Shown here: positions 52,739 through 63,253 of the stretch, in pieces | Position numbering within the stretch: position 1 is the first letter of the stretch | Layout: each line of letters begins with the position of its first letter | NCBI GenBank assembly: GCA_902627635.1 | Contig: CACOKA010000001.1 | Location: forward strand, 34,778 to 98,777 | Direction: 5' to 3' | DNA: 64,000 nucleotides | From: an uncultured Candidatus Actinomarina sp. | Lineage (GTDB): Bacteria > Actinomycetota > Acidimicrobiia > Actinomarinales > Actinomarinaceae | Made by a program: the position numbers and the translations under genes | Notes under the pieces: model-generated | The model's database searches: none | Told to the model about the DNA's origin: nothing | The model's input: only the letters and a program-made list of their open reading frames with translations

Positions 52739-53091
52739 TGGAAAATCAAACAGTAACTGCGAAGAGTAAATATGTAAGGCAATCACCTTACAAATTGAGG
52801 TTAGTATTGAATTTAATAAGAGGACTACCTGTTTCTGAAGCCTTGGATATCCTTAAATTTACAAAACGAAGAGCAGCTGATGAAATATCACAAGTTGTTG
52901 AAAGCGCAATCGCAAATGCTGAGAATAATTTTGGTTTAAGCTCAAGTGATCTTTATATTTCAAAAGCTACTGCAGATGAAGGACCTACTCTAAAAAGATT
53001 TAGACCAAGGGCTAGAGGTAGAGCCGGAAGGATAAATAAAAGAACATCTCACTTGGTAATCGAACTAACCACAGCAGACGGAGAATTGTAA
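52738..53091 (+). CDS. rplV: 50S ribosomal protein L22
   Basis: 117 aa. [38 protein letters not shown]. Confidence 0.94.
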   Translation: MENQTVTAKSKYVRQSPYKLRLVLNLIRGLPVSEALDILKFTKRRAADEISQVVESAIANAENNFGLSSSDLYISKATADEGPTLKRFRPRARGRAGRINKRTSHLVIELTTADGEL

Positions 53092-53981
53092 TGGGACAAA
53101 AAACACATCCTTACGCATTTAGAATTGGAATTGTTAATGACTGGAAGTCACGTTGGTTTAGTGATAAAGAATACACAAAACTGGTTAATCAAGATTATAG
53201 AATTAGAGAGTTTTTGTCTTCACAGTTAATTAAAGGTGCAGTTTCTCGAATTGATATAGAAAGAACAAGGGATAAGGTCCAAGTTGACATTCATACAGCT
53301 AGACCCGGTGTTGTAATTGGTAGAAAAGGTGCAGAAGCAGATAGGTTGAGAAAAGGACTCGAAGAATTGTCCAGCCAACCTGTAAAACTAAATATTATTG
53401 AAGTTAGAGAGCCTGAACTTGATGCCCAATTATTAGCAAGAGCTGTTGCAGACCAATTAGAAAACAGAGTTGCATTTAGAAGAGCTATGAAAAGAGCCGT
53501 AACAGGTGCTCTTAAAGCTGGAGCCGAAGGTGTAAGAGTTGAATGTTCTGGACGACTCGGTGGAGCAGAGATGGGTAGAAGAGAATGGTACCGCGAAGGC
53601 AGAGTACCATTACACACTTTACGTGCTGATATTGATTTTGGAAGAGCTGCAGCTCAAACAACCGTAGGTTCAATTGGAGTAAAAGTTTGGGTTTACAAAG
53701 GTGATGTTGTAGGTTCAAATAAACTAAGACAAGATAAAATTGCAGCTGAAGCTAATTTAGCAAGTGGAGGTCCAGCTACTGGAAGAGTTAAATCTGTTAA
53801 ATCTCGTGTTGAAGCAGCAGTAGGTGAGACTAAAAAATCACGTATTCTTGAAGCTGGTGGTGGTAAAAAAACAAATGAATCATCTTCAAAGATTGTTGAA
53901 GCAGGTGGGGGTAATCGCATTAGACCTAATGAGGCAACAGAACAATTCGAGCAAGAAAAATCAATAATGGAAGAAGAATAA
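53091..53981 (+). CDS. rpsC: 30S ribosomal protein S3 (with low-complexity C-terminal extension)
   Basis: [24 protein letters not shown] domain. The roughly 60-aa C-terminal tail carries an internal EAGGG(K/N) repeat. Confidence 0.95.
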   Translation: MGQKTHPYAFRIGIVNDWKSRWFSDKEYTKLVNQDYRIREFLSSQLIKGAVSRIDIERTRDKVQVDIHTARPGVVIGRKGAEADRLRKGLEELSSQPVKLNIIEVREPELDAQLLARAVADQLENRVAFRRAMKRAVTGALKAGAEGVRVECSGRLGGAEMGRREWYREGRVPLHTLRADIDFGRAAAQTTVGSIGVKVWVYKGDVVGSNKLRQDKIAAEANLASGGPATGRVKSVKSRVEAAVGETKKSRILEAGGGKKTNESSSKIVEAGGGNRIRPNEATEQFEQEKSIMEEE

Positions 53982-53983
53982 AT

Positions 53984-54394
53984 ATGTTAATGCCAAAAAA
54001 GACAAAACATAGAAAATCACATAGAGGTAGAAGAAGAGGTCTTTCAAAAGGTGGTAATGAAGTGACATTTGGTGATTATGGACTTCAAGCTGTTGAGACT
54101 TCATATATAACAGCACGTCAAATTGAGGCTGCAAGAATAACAATTACAAGAACAATGAAAAGAGGGGGAAAGGTTTGGATAAACATTTTTCCTCACAAAC
54201 CAATTACAAAAAAACCCGCTGAAGTTCGAATGGGATCAGGAAAAGGTAACGTTGAGTACTATGTCGCAGTTGTAAAACCAGGAAAAATAATTTTTGAAAT
54301 TTCTGGTGTTTCTGAAGAGATTGCAAAAGAAGCAATGAGAAAAGCAGGACATAAATTGCCAATTAAAACAAAATTTGTAAAGAGGAATATATGA
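53984..54394 (+). CDS. rplP: 50S ribosomal protein L16
   Basis: [19 protein letters not shown]...RMGSGKG. Confidence 0.96.
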   Translation: MLMPKKTKHRKSHRGRRRGLSKGGNEVTFGDYGLQAVETSYITARQIEAARITITRTMKRGGKVWINIFPHKPITKKPAEVRMGSGKGNVEYYVAVVKPGKIIFEISGVSEEIAKEAMRKAGHKLPIKTKFVKRNI

Positions 54395-54606
54395 GCATTA
54401 ATGATTTGAGAGAATTATCCATTATGGAACTTGAAAATAAAATTTTAGATCTTAAAAAAGAATTAATGGACTCAAGATTTGCGTTAGCAACGAGTCAAAT
54501 TGAAGACACTTCGGTATTTAAAAAAATAAAGAAAGAAATTGCACAGGCAAACACAATATTAAATCAAAAAATCAATGACATGAATACGGAAGAGAATAAT
54601 GAGTAG
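54391..54606 (+). CDS. rpmC: 50S ribosomal protein L29
   Basis: 71 aa, [29 protein letters not shown]. Confidence 0.9.
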   Translation: MSINDLRELSIMELENKILDLKKELMDSRFALATSQIEDTSVFKKIKKEIAQANTILNQKINDMNTEENNE

Positions 54607-54862
54607 TGAACCAAGAGCATCTCGAAAAGTAAGAACAGGAGTAGTAGTTTCTGATAAAAGAGAGAAAACAGTTACCGTGTCTATTGAATTACAATTTCAA
54701 CATCCAAAGTATGGAAAAATTGTTAAAAAAACAAGAAAGCTTCATGCCCATGATGACAGTTTTGATGCAAAAGTTGGGGACACTGTAAAAATAACTGAAA
54801 CCAAGCCAATGTCTAAAACAAAAATGTGGAGAGTTACTGAGATTGTTGAGAGAGCAAGATGA
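54599..54862 (+). CDS. rpsQ: 30S ribosomal protein S17
   Basis: [19 protein letters not shown]...[18 protein letters not shown]. Confidence 0.94.
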   Translation: MSSEPRASRKVRTGVVVSDKREKTVTVSIELQFQHPKYGKIVKKTRKLHAHDDSFDAKVGDTVKITETKPMSKTKMWRVTEIVERAR

Positions 54863-55227
54863 TACAAAAAGAATCAAGATTAAAAGTTGCTGACAACTCT
54901 GGCGCAAAAGAAGTGTTATGCATAAAGGTAAAAGGTAGTTCAAAAATTAGATATGCGGGTTTGGGAGATGTTTTTACAGCAACCGTAAAAGATGCTGTTC
55001 CTGGTGGCCAGATAAAAAAAGGTGATATTGTGCAAGCTGTTGTTGTCAGAACTAGGAAAGAAACAAGACGTAAAGATGGTACCTATATTAGGTTTGATGA
55101 AAATGCATGCGTAATTTTAAACGATCAAGATCAACCAAGAGGAACAAGAATCTTTGGACCAGTTGGTAGAGAATTAAGAGAAAAAAAATTTATGAGAATA
55201 GTATCACTTGCACCGGAGGTTTTGTAA
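54859..55227 (+). CDS. rplN: 50S ribosomal protein L14
   Basis: [19 protein letters not shown]...[11 protein letters not shown]. Confidence 0.96.
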   Translation: MIQKESRLKVADNSGAKEVLCIKVKGSSKIRYAGLGDVFTATVKDAVPGGQIKKGDIVQAVVVRTRKETRRKDGTYIRFDENACVILNDQDQPRGTRIFGPVGRELREKKFMRIVSLAPEVL

Positions 55228-55529
55228 TGAAAATACAAAAAGGTGATACCGTAAAAATTATTTCTGGAAAAGATAACGGTAAAGAAGGTAAAGTTTTGCA
55301 AGTATTTCCAAAAAAGAATCAAGTTTTAGTTGAAGGGATAAATATAAATAAAAAACATCAAAAACCTCAAGGCCAAACAATGCAAGGAGGAGTTATTGAT
55401 AAAAGTATGCCAATAGATGCCTCAAATGTTGCACTGGTTGTCAAAAAAAAGAGTGGAAGAGTAACATATAAGTTTGATAAAAATGGAAATAAATTCAGAG
55501 TTTTAGCACAAACTGGAGATGAAGCATGA
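55227..55529 (+). CDS. rplX: 50S ribosomal protein L24
   Basis: [39 protein letters not shown] (KOW domain). Confidence 0.94.
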   Translation: MKIQKGDTVKIISGKDNGKEGKVLQVFPKKNQVLVEGININKKHQKPQGQTMQGGVIDKSMPIDASNVALVVKKKSGRVTYKFDKNGNKFRVLAQTGDEA

Positions 55530-56071
55530 TTCCGAGGCTTAAAGATCAATATAGAACACAATTAATTGATGAACTAAAGAAACAATTAAATATTGAAAAC
55601 ACCAATGCTGTTCCAAAACTAGAAAAAATTGTTATAAATATCGGTGATGGAAAAGCTGCTACAGATGGTAGAGCACTTGAATCAATGGTTGATGAACTGA
55701 CTGCAATATCAGGCCAGAAACCAGTTATAAAAAGAGCTAAAAAATCAATTGCGGGTTTTAAAATTCGTGAAGGAATGCCAATAGGGGTTTCTGTAACACT
55801 TAGAGGAAATAGAATGTGGGAATTTTATGATAGGTTTGTACAGGTAGTAGTCCCAAGAATTCGAGATTTCAGAGGATTTAGTAAAAAATCATTTGATGGC
55901 AATGGTAATTTTTCTCTTGGACTGAACGAACAACTCGTATTTCCAGAAGTTGAATATGATAAAGTCAGAGATATCAGAGGAATGAATATAACAATTTGTA
56001 CTACTGCAAAAGATAATTCAGGCGGATACGAGTTACTTAACTCGCTTGGCTTTCCGTTTAGGGAGAATTAA
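55526..56071 (+). CDS. rplE: 50S ribosomal protein L5
   Basis: RLKDQYRT...[14 protein letters not shown]...[11 protein letters not shown]. Confidence 0.95.
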   Translation: MIPRLKDQYRTQLIDELKKQLNIENTNAVPKLEKIVINIGDGKAATDGRALESMVDELTAISGQKPVIKRAKKSIAGFKIREGMPIGVSVTLRGNRMWEFYDRFVQVVVPRIRDFRGFSKKSFDGNGNFSLGLNEQLVFPEVEYDKVRDIRGMNITICTTAKDNSGGYELLNSLGFPFREN

Positions 56072-56073
56072 TT

Positions 56074-56379
56074 ATGGCTAAAAAAAGTAAAATAGTTAAA
56101 AATAATAAAAGAGAAGAGACAGCAAATTTTTATTCATTAAAAAGAAAAGAATTATTAGCTGTTATTCGTGACCCTGAATCCACTTATGATGAGAAAAGGG
56201 AAGCTCAAAAAAAGATTGCAAAAATGCCTAGAGATGCATCTGCAACACGTCATCGTAATAGGTGCCAAGTAACAGGACGACCTAGGGGTAATTTAAGAAA
56301 ATTTGGAATGTCACGAAATACTTTTCGAGACTTGGCACTCAAAGGAGAGCTTCCAGGCATAAAGAAAGCTTCGTGGTAA
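56074..56379 (+). CDS. rpsN: 30S ribosomal protein S14 (long, non-zinc C- form)
   Basis: 101 aa. [14 protein letters not shown]...[41 protein letters not shown]. Confidence 0.93.
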   Translation: MAKKSKIVKNNKREETANFYSLKRKELLAVIRDPESTYDEKREAQKKIAKMPRDASATRHRNRCQVTGRPRGNLRKFGMSRNTFRDLALKGELPGIKKASW

Positions 56380-56381
56380 AG

Positions 56382-56780
56382 ATGGTAAATGATCCTATTT
56401 CAGATTTTTTAACAAGAGTTAGAAATGCAACACTTGTGTCAAAATCAAATGTTGAGATTCCACACTCAAATTTCAAATTTGAGCTCGCAAAACTTTTTAA
56501 AGATGAAGGTTATATAAGCGACGTAGAAGTAAAAGGAGATGGAGCAAAAAAAGTTTTAAATTTAACTATCAAATTCTCAGAAGAAGGAAAATCTGTAATT
56601 GCTGGTTTAAATAGATTATCTAAACCAGGAAGAAGGGTTTATTCTTCTTTTGATAAACTCCCAAGAAACAACGGAGGTTTGGGTACCGTTGTGGTTTCTA
56701 CTTCAAGAGGTTTATTATCTGATTCAGAAGCAAGAAAAAGAAAGCTTGGGGGAGAACTAATTTGTGAGGTTTGGTCATGA
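56382..56780 (+). CDS. rpsH: 30S ribosomal protein S8
   Basis: MVNDPISDFLTRVRNA is the canonical S8 N-terminus. ATG 56382 is in frame with the track GTG 56373. Confidence 0.93.
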   Translation: MVNDPISDFLTRVRNATLVSKSNVEIPHSNFKFELAKLFKDEGYISDVEVKGDGAKKVLNLTIKFSEEGKSVIAGLNRLSKPGRRVYSSFDKLPRNNGGLGTVVVSTSRGLLSDSEARKRKLGGELICEVWS

Positions 56781-57331
56781 GTAGGATTGGTAATAAACCA
56801 ATTGAGATACCCGAGAAAGTTGAAATCAATATTGATGGAAACAAAATCAATGTAAAAGGTCAAAAAGGTGAACTGGTTACTGAGGTGCTTGAAGAAAAAA
56901 TAAAGTTTGAAATATCTGATAATGTACTTCAATTCACAAGAGAGTCAGATGAAAAGCAAGTAAAAAGTTTACACGGTTTGTACAGATCATTAGTAGCAAA
57001 TAATATTGTGGGGGTTAGCGAAGGATATTCAAAGACTCTTACACTACAAGGTGTTGGACATAGGGTTTCTTTAAAAGGTAATGATCTAGAGATACTTTGT
57101 GGCTTTTCACATCCAGTTATATTTAAAAAAGTAGAAAATATTACATTTGATGTACCAGATCAAAATACAATAAATGTCTCTGGCATTGATAAAGCTTTGG
57201 TTGGGCAAGTCGCAGCGGATATTAGATCAATTAAACCACCTGAACCTTATAAAGGTAAGGGAATCAGATATCAAGATGAATATGTAAGAAGAAAAGCTGG
57301 TAAAGCAGCAGTAGCAACTGCAGGAGCGTAA
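56777..57331 (+). CDS. rplF: 50S ribosomal protein L6
   Basis: MSRIGNKPIEIPEKVEINIDGNKINVKGQKGEL. ATG overlaps the rpsH TGA. Confidence 0.93.
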   Translation: MSRIGNKPIEIPEKVEINIDGNKINVKGQKGELVTEVLEEKIKFEISDNVLQFTRESDEKQVKSLHGLYRSLVANNIVGVSEGYSKTLTLQGVGHRVSLKGNDLEILCGFSHPVIFKKVENITFDVPDQNTINVSGIDKALVGQVAADIRSIKPPEPYKGKGIRYQDEYVRRKAGKAAVATAGA

Positions 57332-57332
57332 A

Positions 57333-57680
57333 GTGAAAAGTTTAGATTCAAGATCAAAAAGAAAAATTAGAATCAGAAAGAAAGTGTACGGTGATGCCAG
57401 TAAGCCGCGTCTAGCTGTATATAAAAGCAATAAAAATATATATGTACAAGCAATTGATGATTTAAATCAAACAACTATTGGATCAGCAAGTACATTATCA
57501 AAAGAGCTTAAGAGTGATAATTTAAGTATTGATACTGCAAAAAAAGTTGGAGAATTAATGGGTGACGTTCTTAACAAGAACAACATCAAAGAAGCAGTTT
57601 TTGATCGAGGAGGGTATATTTACCATGGTAGAGTCAAAGCTTTAGCTGATGGTATTAGAGAAAAAGGTATTAAGTTCTAA
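57333..57680 (+). CDS. rplR: 50S ribosomal protein L18
   Basis: 115 aa. [28 protein letters not shown]...[23 protein letters not shown]. Confidence 0.94.
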   Translation: MKSLDSRSKRKIRIRKKVYGDASKPRLAVYKSNKNIYVQAIDDLNQTTIGSASTLSKELKSDNLSIDTAKKVGELMGDVLNKNNIKEAVFDRGGYIYHGRVKALADGIREKGIKF

Positions 57681-58231
57681 TGGCTGAAATAGAATTACAA
57701 GAAAACGTTATTCACATAAATAGAGTAGCAAAAGTAGTTAAAGGTGGTCGAAACTTTGCGTTTACTGCTTTAGTTGCTGTTGGAGATGGAAACGGTAATG
57801 CTGGTATAGGTTACGGAAAAGGTTCAGAAGTTCCGCTTGCAATACAGAAAGCTATTGAAAATGCAAAAAAGAACATTCATCCTATACCTATGGCTGGATC
57901 AACGATAGTACATACTACTACTGGAGAACATGGTTCTTCTAAGGTTTTATTAAAACCAGCTGCTCCTGGTACAGGTGTAATTGCTGGTGGTGCAGTTCGA
58001 CAAGTACTTGAGGCAGCAGGAATTAAAGACATTCTTGCTAAGTCTTTAGGATCACCTACTCATTTGAATGTTGCGAAAGCAACTCTCAATGGATTATTAG
58101 GCCAAAGAACACCAGATGAAGTAGCTAAATTAAGAGGTAAGAATGTTATGGAAATTGCTCCAAAAGGTTTAGTTGATGCATATGAAAATACAAAAGCTGA
58201 AAGAAAGTTAAAAGAAGATGCCAAAGGTTAA
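57680..58231 (+). CDS. rpsE: 30S ribosomal protein S5
   Basis: [42 protein letters not shown]. Confidence 0.96.
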   Translation: MAEIELQENVIHINRVAKVVKGGRNFAFTALVAVGDGNGNAGIGYGKGSEVPLAIQKAIENAKKNIHPIPMAGSTIVHTTTGEHGSSKVLLKPAAPGTGVIAGGAVRQVLEAAGIKDILAKSLGSPTHLNVAKATLNGLLGQRTPDEVAKLRGKNVMEIAPKGLVDAYENTKAERKLKEDAKG

Positions 58232-58400
58232 AATTACTCTTAAAAGATCACTTATTGGACAAGGTTTTAAAGCAAAAGAAACTATAAAATCTCTTGGATT
58301 AAAAAAAATTAATTCTTCAGTTGAGAGAGATGTTGATGAAAGTCTTACCGGGATGCTGAATAAAGTTGCACACCTTGTAGAAACAGAGGAAATTCAATGA
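58218..58400 (+). CDS. rpmD: 50S ribosomal protein L30
   Basis: 60 aa. [36 protein letters not shown]. Confidence 0.9.
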   Translation: MPKVKITLKRSLIGQGFKAKETIKSLGLKKINSSVERDVDESLTGMLNKVAHLVETEEIQ

Positions 58401-58846
58401 GTAAAATTAAATTTCATCATTTAAAGCCAACACCAGGTTCAACTAAATCAAAAATTCGGAAAGGAAGAGGAGAAGCTGGAAAAAGAGGAAAAACTGCTGG
58501 AAGAGGAACAAAAGGAACAGGAGCTAGAAAAACAGTACCTGCATACTTTGAAGGCGGACAAATTCCACTCTATAGAAGAATCCCAAAACTTAAGGGACTA
58601 AAAAATACTCCTAAAATGTCGTATGTGGTTGTAAACGTTTCTGATTTACAAGATAAAAACCTTAAAGGTGATATTGATCCAGAAATACTTCAGAAAAATG
58701 GATTAACAAGAAAAAAGGGATTTGTAAAAATTCTTGGCAACGGTGAAATTACAAATAGTGTCAACGTAAAAGCACACGCTGTAAGTGAATCTGCTAAGAA
58801 GAAAATTGAAGATGCTGGTGGTACTGTAGAAGTTATAGAGATTTAA
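58397..58846 (+). CDS. rplO: 50S ribosomal protein L15
   Basis: LKPTPGSTKSKIRKGRGEAGKRGKTAGRGTKG. Confidence 0.94.
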   Translation: MSKIKFHHLKPTPGSTKSKIRKGRGEAGKRGKTAGRGTKGTGARKTVPAYFEGGQIPLYRRIPKLKGLKNTPKMSYVVVNVSDLQDKNLKGDIDPEILQKNGLTRKKGFVKILGNGEITNSVNVKAHAVSESAKKKIEDAGGTVEVIEI

Positions 58847-58847
58847 T

Positions 58848-60161
58848 ATGAAGCTTTCGATTTTCAAATACATGTTTAAAATTCCTGATCTAAGAAAAAG
58901 AATTATTTTCACTTTGTTAATGTTCGGAGTTTATCGATTAGGAGCAGCAGTTCCTGTACCAGGGGTTGATTTAGAAGCTGTTCAAAGACTGACCGACTCA
59001 GGTTCTCAAGCAGGTATTTATGGATTACTAAATTTGTTTTCTGGGGGAGCATTAGAGACATTTTCAGTTTTTGCACTAGGTATTATGCCTTACATCACTT
59101 CAAGTATTATTTTGCAATTATTAACAGTTGTAATTCCAAGGTTGCAAAAGCTTCAGGAAGAGGGAGAATCAGGAAGAAAAGTAATCACACAATGGACTAG
59201 ATATATCACAGTTGTTCTTGCATTGTTACAATCTACAGGTTTAACTTATATATTTTCTCGTGGAAGTTTAACTGGAGGTATATCTTTAATACCAAACTAC
59301 ACGCCGTCCAGGGTCGGATTAATTGTTCTAACAATGACTGCTGGAACAGCATTCATCATGTGGTTGGGAGAATTAATCTCTCAAAGAGGCATAGGAAATG
59401 GAATGTCTTTAATTATTTTTGCAAGTATCATAAGCCAATTACCAGCTAGCTTTGGTGGTGCATATCAAGTGACTGCTGGACAAGGTAGGATAGGTCAATT
59501 TAGCTTTTTAGTACTAATGTTTTTTCTCATGATTGTTGGAATAATTTATGTAGAGCAGGGCCAAAGAAGAATTCCAATTCAATTTGCTAAAAGAGTAAGG
59601 GGTAGAAAAGTTATGGGAGGTCAAAGTACATACATACCCTTAAAGGTCAACAGTGCTGGTGTCATTCCTGTTATTTTTGCAACTAGTGTACTTTTCTTTC
59701 CAGCACTTATTGCAACTTCCCTTCCCCAAGATAACTCAATTACTGCAGGAATTAGAAACTGGATTGATGTCAACCTAGCTAATTCACAAGGTACTAGCTG
59801 GTTTTATATTTTCTTTTTAGGAATGTTGATAATATTCTTTACATATTTTTATACCACTATTCAATTTGATCCAGTTAGACAATCAGACATGATAAGAAGA
59901 CAGGGAGGTTTTGTTCCTGGTGTTCGTCCAGGTATATCAACAACAAATTATTTATCACACATAATTAGCAGAATTACTCTTCCTGGATCAGTTTTCCTTG
60001 CATCTGTGGCTGTTTTACCATCAATTGCGTCAGCGATTTGGGATATTCCTTTGGGCTTCAGTGGTATATCAATACTCATTACCGTAGGTGTAGCACTAGA
60101 AACAATGAAACAAATAGAGAGTCAATTAAGTATGAGAAATTACGAAGGATTTATTGATTGA
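58848..60161 (+). CDS. secY: Preprotein translocase subunit SecY
   Basis: 437 aa with 10 TM helices. GIMPYITSSIILQLLTVVIP, GIGNGMSLIIFASI. Confidence 0.96.
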   Translation: MKLSIFKYMFKIPDLRKRIIFTLLMFGVYRLGAAVPVPGVDLEAVQRLTDSGSQAGIYGLLNLFSGGALETFSVFALGIMPYITSSIILQLLTVVIPRLQKLQEEGESGRKVITQWTRYITVVLALLQSTGLTYIFSRGSLTGGISLIPNYTPSRVGLIVLTMTAGTAFIMWLGELISQRGIGNGMSLIIFASIISQLPASFGGAYQVTAGQGRIGQFSFLVLMFFLMIVGIIYVEQGQRRIPIQFAKRVRGRKVMGGQSTYIPLKVNSAGVIPVIFATSVLFFPALIATSLPQDNSITAGIRNWIDVNLANSQGTSWFYIFFLGMLIIFFTYFYTTIQFDPVRQSDMIRRQGGFVPGVRPGISTTNYLSHIISRITLPGSVFLASVAVLPSIASAIWDIPLGFSGISILITVGVALETMKQIESQLSMRNYEGFID

Positions 60162-60703
60162 CAAATATCACTATTTTTCTTGGACCACCAGGTGCAGGAA
60201 AAGGAACTCAGGCTGAAAAATTATCTGAAACTTTTAAGCTTCCCCATATATCTACTGGGGTAATGTTAAGAGATCATGTTGAAAATGAAACGAAACTAGG
60301 TCTCATAGCTAAAGACATTTTAAACAAAGGAAATCTTGTATCTGATGATTTAGTCACGGCAATGTTGATTGAAAGGATAGGAAAACCTGATTGTGATAAC
60401 GGAGCTATATTAGATGGATTTCCCAGGACAATCGCTCAGGCAGAAAGTCTTGAGATTGATGACTTAAAAATTAAAAACGTAATTTTATTTGAGGTTAATG
60501 AAGAAGAATTAGTTAAGCGTATGTTGGATCGTGGAAGAGAAGATGATACCGAAGAATCCATAAAAGTACGATTTGAAGTTTATAAAAAAGAGACTGCTCC
60601 ATTGGTTGACTACTACAGCAACAAGGGAGTTCTAAATTCTGTAAATGCATTTGGTGAGATTGATGACATATTCAATGAAATTTCAAAGTTTATGAAATTA
60701 TGA
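60158..60703 (+). CDS. adk: Adenylate kinase (short form without the zinc lid)
   Basis: P-loop GPPGAGKGTQA, GFPRTIAQA. 181 aa. Confidence 0.95.
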   Translation: MTNITIFLGPPGAGKGTQAEKLSETFKLPHISTGVMLRDHVENETKLGLIAKDILNKGNLVSDDLVTAMLIERIGKPDCDNGAILDGFPRTIAQAESLEIDDLKIKNVILFEVNEEELVKRMLDRGREDDTEESIKVRFEVYKKETAPLVDYYSNKGVLNSVNAFGEIDDIFNEISKFMKL

Positions 60704-61446
60704 TTACTTACAAATCAAATGAAGATTTTATGAATATGAAAAAAGCGGGAAAAATAGTTGCCACCATTCATGCAGAATTACAAAATATTTCTTTACCCGG
60801 AACAAAAATAGAAACATTAGACAAAAAGGCAGAAGAGATAATTAAAAAATCAAATGCAGTCTCAAATTTTCTAAATTACAGAGGATTTCCATCATACATT
60901 TGTGCATCACCCAATGATGTTATTGTTCATGGAATTCCAAAAAATTTTGTTATAGAAGAGGGTGATATATTATCAATTGATGTTGGTTGTACTGTAAATG
61001 GGTTTCATGCAGACGCAGCTCTTACTTATGGAATAGGACAAATTTCTAGTGAAGATCAGAAGTTAATCGATGTTACAAAAAAAGCCCTTTACGAGGCAAT
61101 AAAACTTGTAAAGGATGGTCAAAAGCTAGGGACTATTGGTAACAAAATTGAAAAAATTGGTAAGAAAAATTCTTATGGAGTTGTCAGAGAATATGTTGGT
61201 CATGGGATTGGACTAGAAATGCATGAAGATCCACAAGTACCAAATTACGGTATCAAAAATAAAGGATTTAAGCTAAAAAAAGGTATGGCAATCTGCATTG
61301 AACCAATGTTCAATTTAGGTACCGCAGATACAAAAGTTGATGCAGATGGATGGACTGTAAGGACTGCTGATGGAAAAAAATCTGCTCACTGGGAACACGT
61401 AATAGGAATAATGGAGGATGAAGTATGTATTTTTTCAGAATTGTAA
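60700..61446 (+). CDS. map: Methionine aminopeptidase type I
   Basis: DVIVHGIP, DVGCTVNGFHADAA, HGIGLEMHEDP, WEHV metal ligands. Confidence 0.95.
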   Translation: MITYKSNEDFMNMKKAGKIVATIHAELQNISLPGTKIETLDKKAEEIIKKSNAVSNFLNYRGFPSYICASPNDVIVHGIPKNFVIEEGDILSIDVGCTVNGFHADAALTYGIGQISSEDQKLIDVTKKALYEAIKLVKDGQKLGTIGNKIEKIGKKNSYGVVREYVGHGIGLEMHEDPQVPNYGIKNKGFKLKKGMAICIEPMFNLGTADTKVDADGWTVRTADGKKSAHWEHVIGIMEDEVCIFSEL

Positions 61447-61517
61447 TTTCTCAAAATTTGTTGGTAATAGTTCATAATTAGACTAATCTAGTTAATCGGT
61501 CTTAAAATCAGGTAATT

Positions 61518-61742
61518 TTGGTAGAAAAAGAAAAGAACATAATTAAAGTACAGGGGACTGTAACTGAAACTCTTCCAAACGCCTCATTTAAGGTGAAACT
61601 TGAGAGTGGAGCAGAAATCTTAGCACATGTATCAGGAAAAATGAGGATGAAGTATATTCGAATTCTACCTGGTGATGTAGTAGAGATGGAAGTATCACCA
61701 TATGATCCTACAAGAGGTAGGATTACTTGGAGACATAAATGA
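61518..61742 (+). CDS. infA: Translation initiation factor IF-1
   Basis: S1-like 74-aa protein ...[38 protein letters not shown] start. Confidence 0.93.
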   Translation: MVEKEKNIIKVQGTVTETLPNASFKVKLESGAEILAHVSGKMRMKYIRILPGDVVEMEVSPYDPTRGRITWRHK

Positions 61743-61855
61743 AAGTAAAAGCGAGTATAAAAAAAAGAGGTCCTAATGATCAAATAGTTCGTCGTAAAGG
61801 CAAGCTATATGTTATCAATAAAAGGAACCCAAGACATAAGCAAAGGCAAGGTTAA
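61739..61855 (+). CDS. rpmJ: 50S ribosomal protein L36 (cysteine-free, non-zinc-ribbon form)
   Basis: Not in the track (38 aa). [38 protein letters not shown]. The ATG overlaps the infA TGA. Position between infA and rpsM is canonical. Confidence 0.88.
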   Translation: MKVKASIKKRGPNDQIVRRKGKLYVINKRNPRHKQRQG

Positions 61856-61857
61856 GT

Positions 61858-62235
61858 TTGGCTAGAATTTCAGGTATTGATATACCAAGAGAAAAAAGAG
61901 TTATAGCTTCACTCAGGTACATACACGGTATTGGCGCAAAACGAGCAGAAGACATTTGTAATGATCTCGAAATAAATCCTGACACAAGAGTGAATAATCT
62001 TACAAATGATGAGATTGCAAAAATAAGAAAATATATAGAATCAAATTTTAGAGTTGAAGGGGATTTGAGAAGAGATGTTTCACAAAACATAAGAAGAAAA
62101 ACTGAAATTGGAACTTATCAAGGTATTAGACATAGAACGGGATTACCTGTAAGAGGTCAAAGAACTCACACTAATGCAAGAACAAGAAAAGGTCCAAGAT
62201 TTGCTATTGCAGGTAAGAAGAAAGTTATGAAATAG
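61858..62235 (+). CDS. rpsM: 30S ribosomal protein S13
   Basis: [25 protein letters not shown]...[26 protein letters not shown]. Confidence 0.95.
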   Translation: MARISGIDIPREKRVIASLRYIHGIGAKRAEDICNDLEINPDTRVNNLTNDEIAKIRKYIESNFRVEGDLRRDVSQNIRRKTEIGTYQGIRHRTGLPVRGQRTHTNARTRKGPRFAIAGKKKVMK

Positions 62236-62618
62236 TGGCTGAACAAAAATCAAAGAAAAAAAATAAAAAAAATATTCCTTCAGGCGTAGCGCATATAAAA
62301 GCAAGTTTTAACAACACTATAATAAATATTTCTGATACAAACGGTGAAACAGTTGTATGGACATCTGGCGGTTCTGTTGGATTTAAGGGTTCTAGAAAAT
62401 CAACTCCATATGCTGCCCAAGTTGCAGCAGAAGAGGCTGTTAGACGAGCAACAGAATTTGGTATACACAAATTGGATATAATCATTAGTGGTACAGGTGC
62501 AGGTAGAGAAACAGCAGTAAGAACTCTTCAAAATATGGGAATGGACGTAGGAACTATCAAAGACATAACACCAACCCCACACAATGGATGTCGTCCTAAA
62601 AAGAGGAGAAGAAACTAA
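62235..62618 (+). CDS. rpsK: 30S ribosomal protein S11
   Basis: [46 protein letters not shown]. Confidence 0.96.
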   Translation: MAEQKSKKKNKKNIPSGVAHIKASFNNTIINISDTNGETVVWTSGGSVGFKGSRKSTPYAAQVAAEEAVRRATEFGIHKLDIIISGTGAGRETAVRTLQNMGMDVGTIKDITPTPHNGCRPKKRRRN

Positions 62619-63232
62619 TGGCTAGATATACAGGTCCTAGAGTAAGAGTTTCTAGAAGAATTGGATTTAACGTTTTTGAGAATAGAAAAGGTGACAAAGC
62701 ACTTCAAGATAGACCATATCCACCAGGTGAAAATGGTAAAAAACGTATGCGTGAAACAGATTACGGAACTCAGTTAAAGGAAAAACAAAAAGTCAGATAT
62801 ATGTACGGTGTAATGGAAAAACAGTTCAGAAATTATTATAAAGAAGCTACTCGAATGCCAGGAATTACCGGTGAAAACTTGTTGGTTCTTTTAGAATCTA
62901 GAATCGATAATGTTATCTATAGAGCTGGATTTGCATCTACTAGACCACAAGCTAGACAACTAGTTTCTCATAGGCATTTTAAATTGAATGGGAACCTTGT
63001 AGATATTCCATCTATACAGGTCAAGCCAGGAGATAAAATTGAGCTAAAAGATCAAAGCAATGATTTAATAATTGTTCAACATACCATTGATACTGGACAA
63101 GACAGAGAACCTGCATCATGGCTAAAAGTTGATGAAAAGAAGAAAAATATTGAAGTTTTAAACCAACCTACAAGAAATGACGCAAGTCAACAAATTGAAG
63201 AACAATTAATAGTAGAACTTTATTCGAAATAG
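62618..63232 (+). CDS. rpsD: 30S ribosomal protein S4
   Basis: [16 protein letters not shown]...YGTQLKEKQKVRYMYGVMEKQFRNYY. Confidence 0.95.
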   Translation: MARYTGPRVRVSRRIGFNVFENRKGDKALQDRPYPPGENGKKRMRETDYGTQLKEKQKVRYMYGVMEKQFRNYYKEATRMPGITGENLLVLLESRIDNVIYRAGFASTRPQARQLVSHRHFKLNGNLVDIPSIQVKPGDKIELKDQSNDLIIVQHTIDTGQDREPASWLKVDEKKKNIEVLNQPTRNDASQQIEEQLIVELYSK

Positions 63233-63253
63233 AATATAGGAGAGGAGCAAAAA

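Noticed and set aside
53091-53981. Internal EAGGG(K/N) repeat in the S3 C-terminal tail as a possible separate feature
   Set aside because: It is a low-complexity C-terminal extension, as is common in actinobacterial S3. It is not an independent element.
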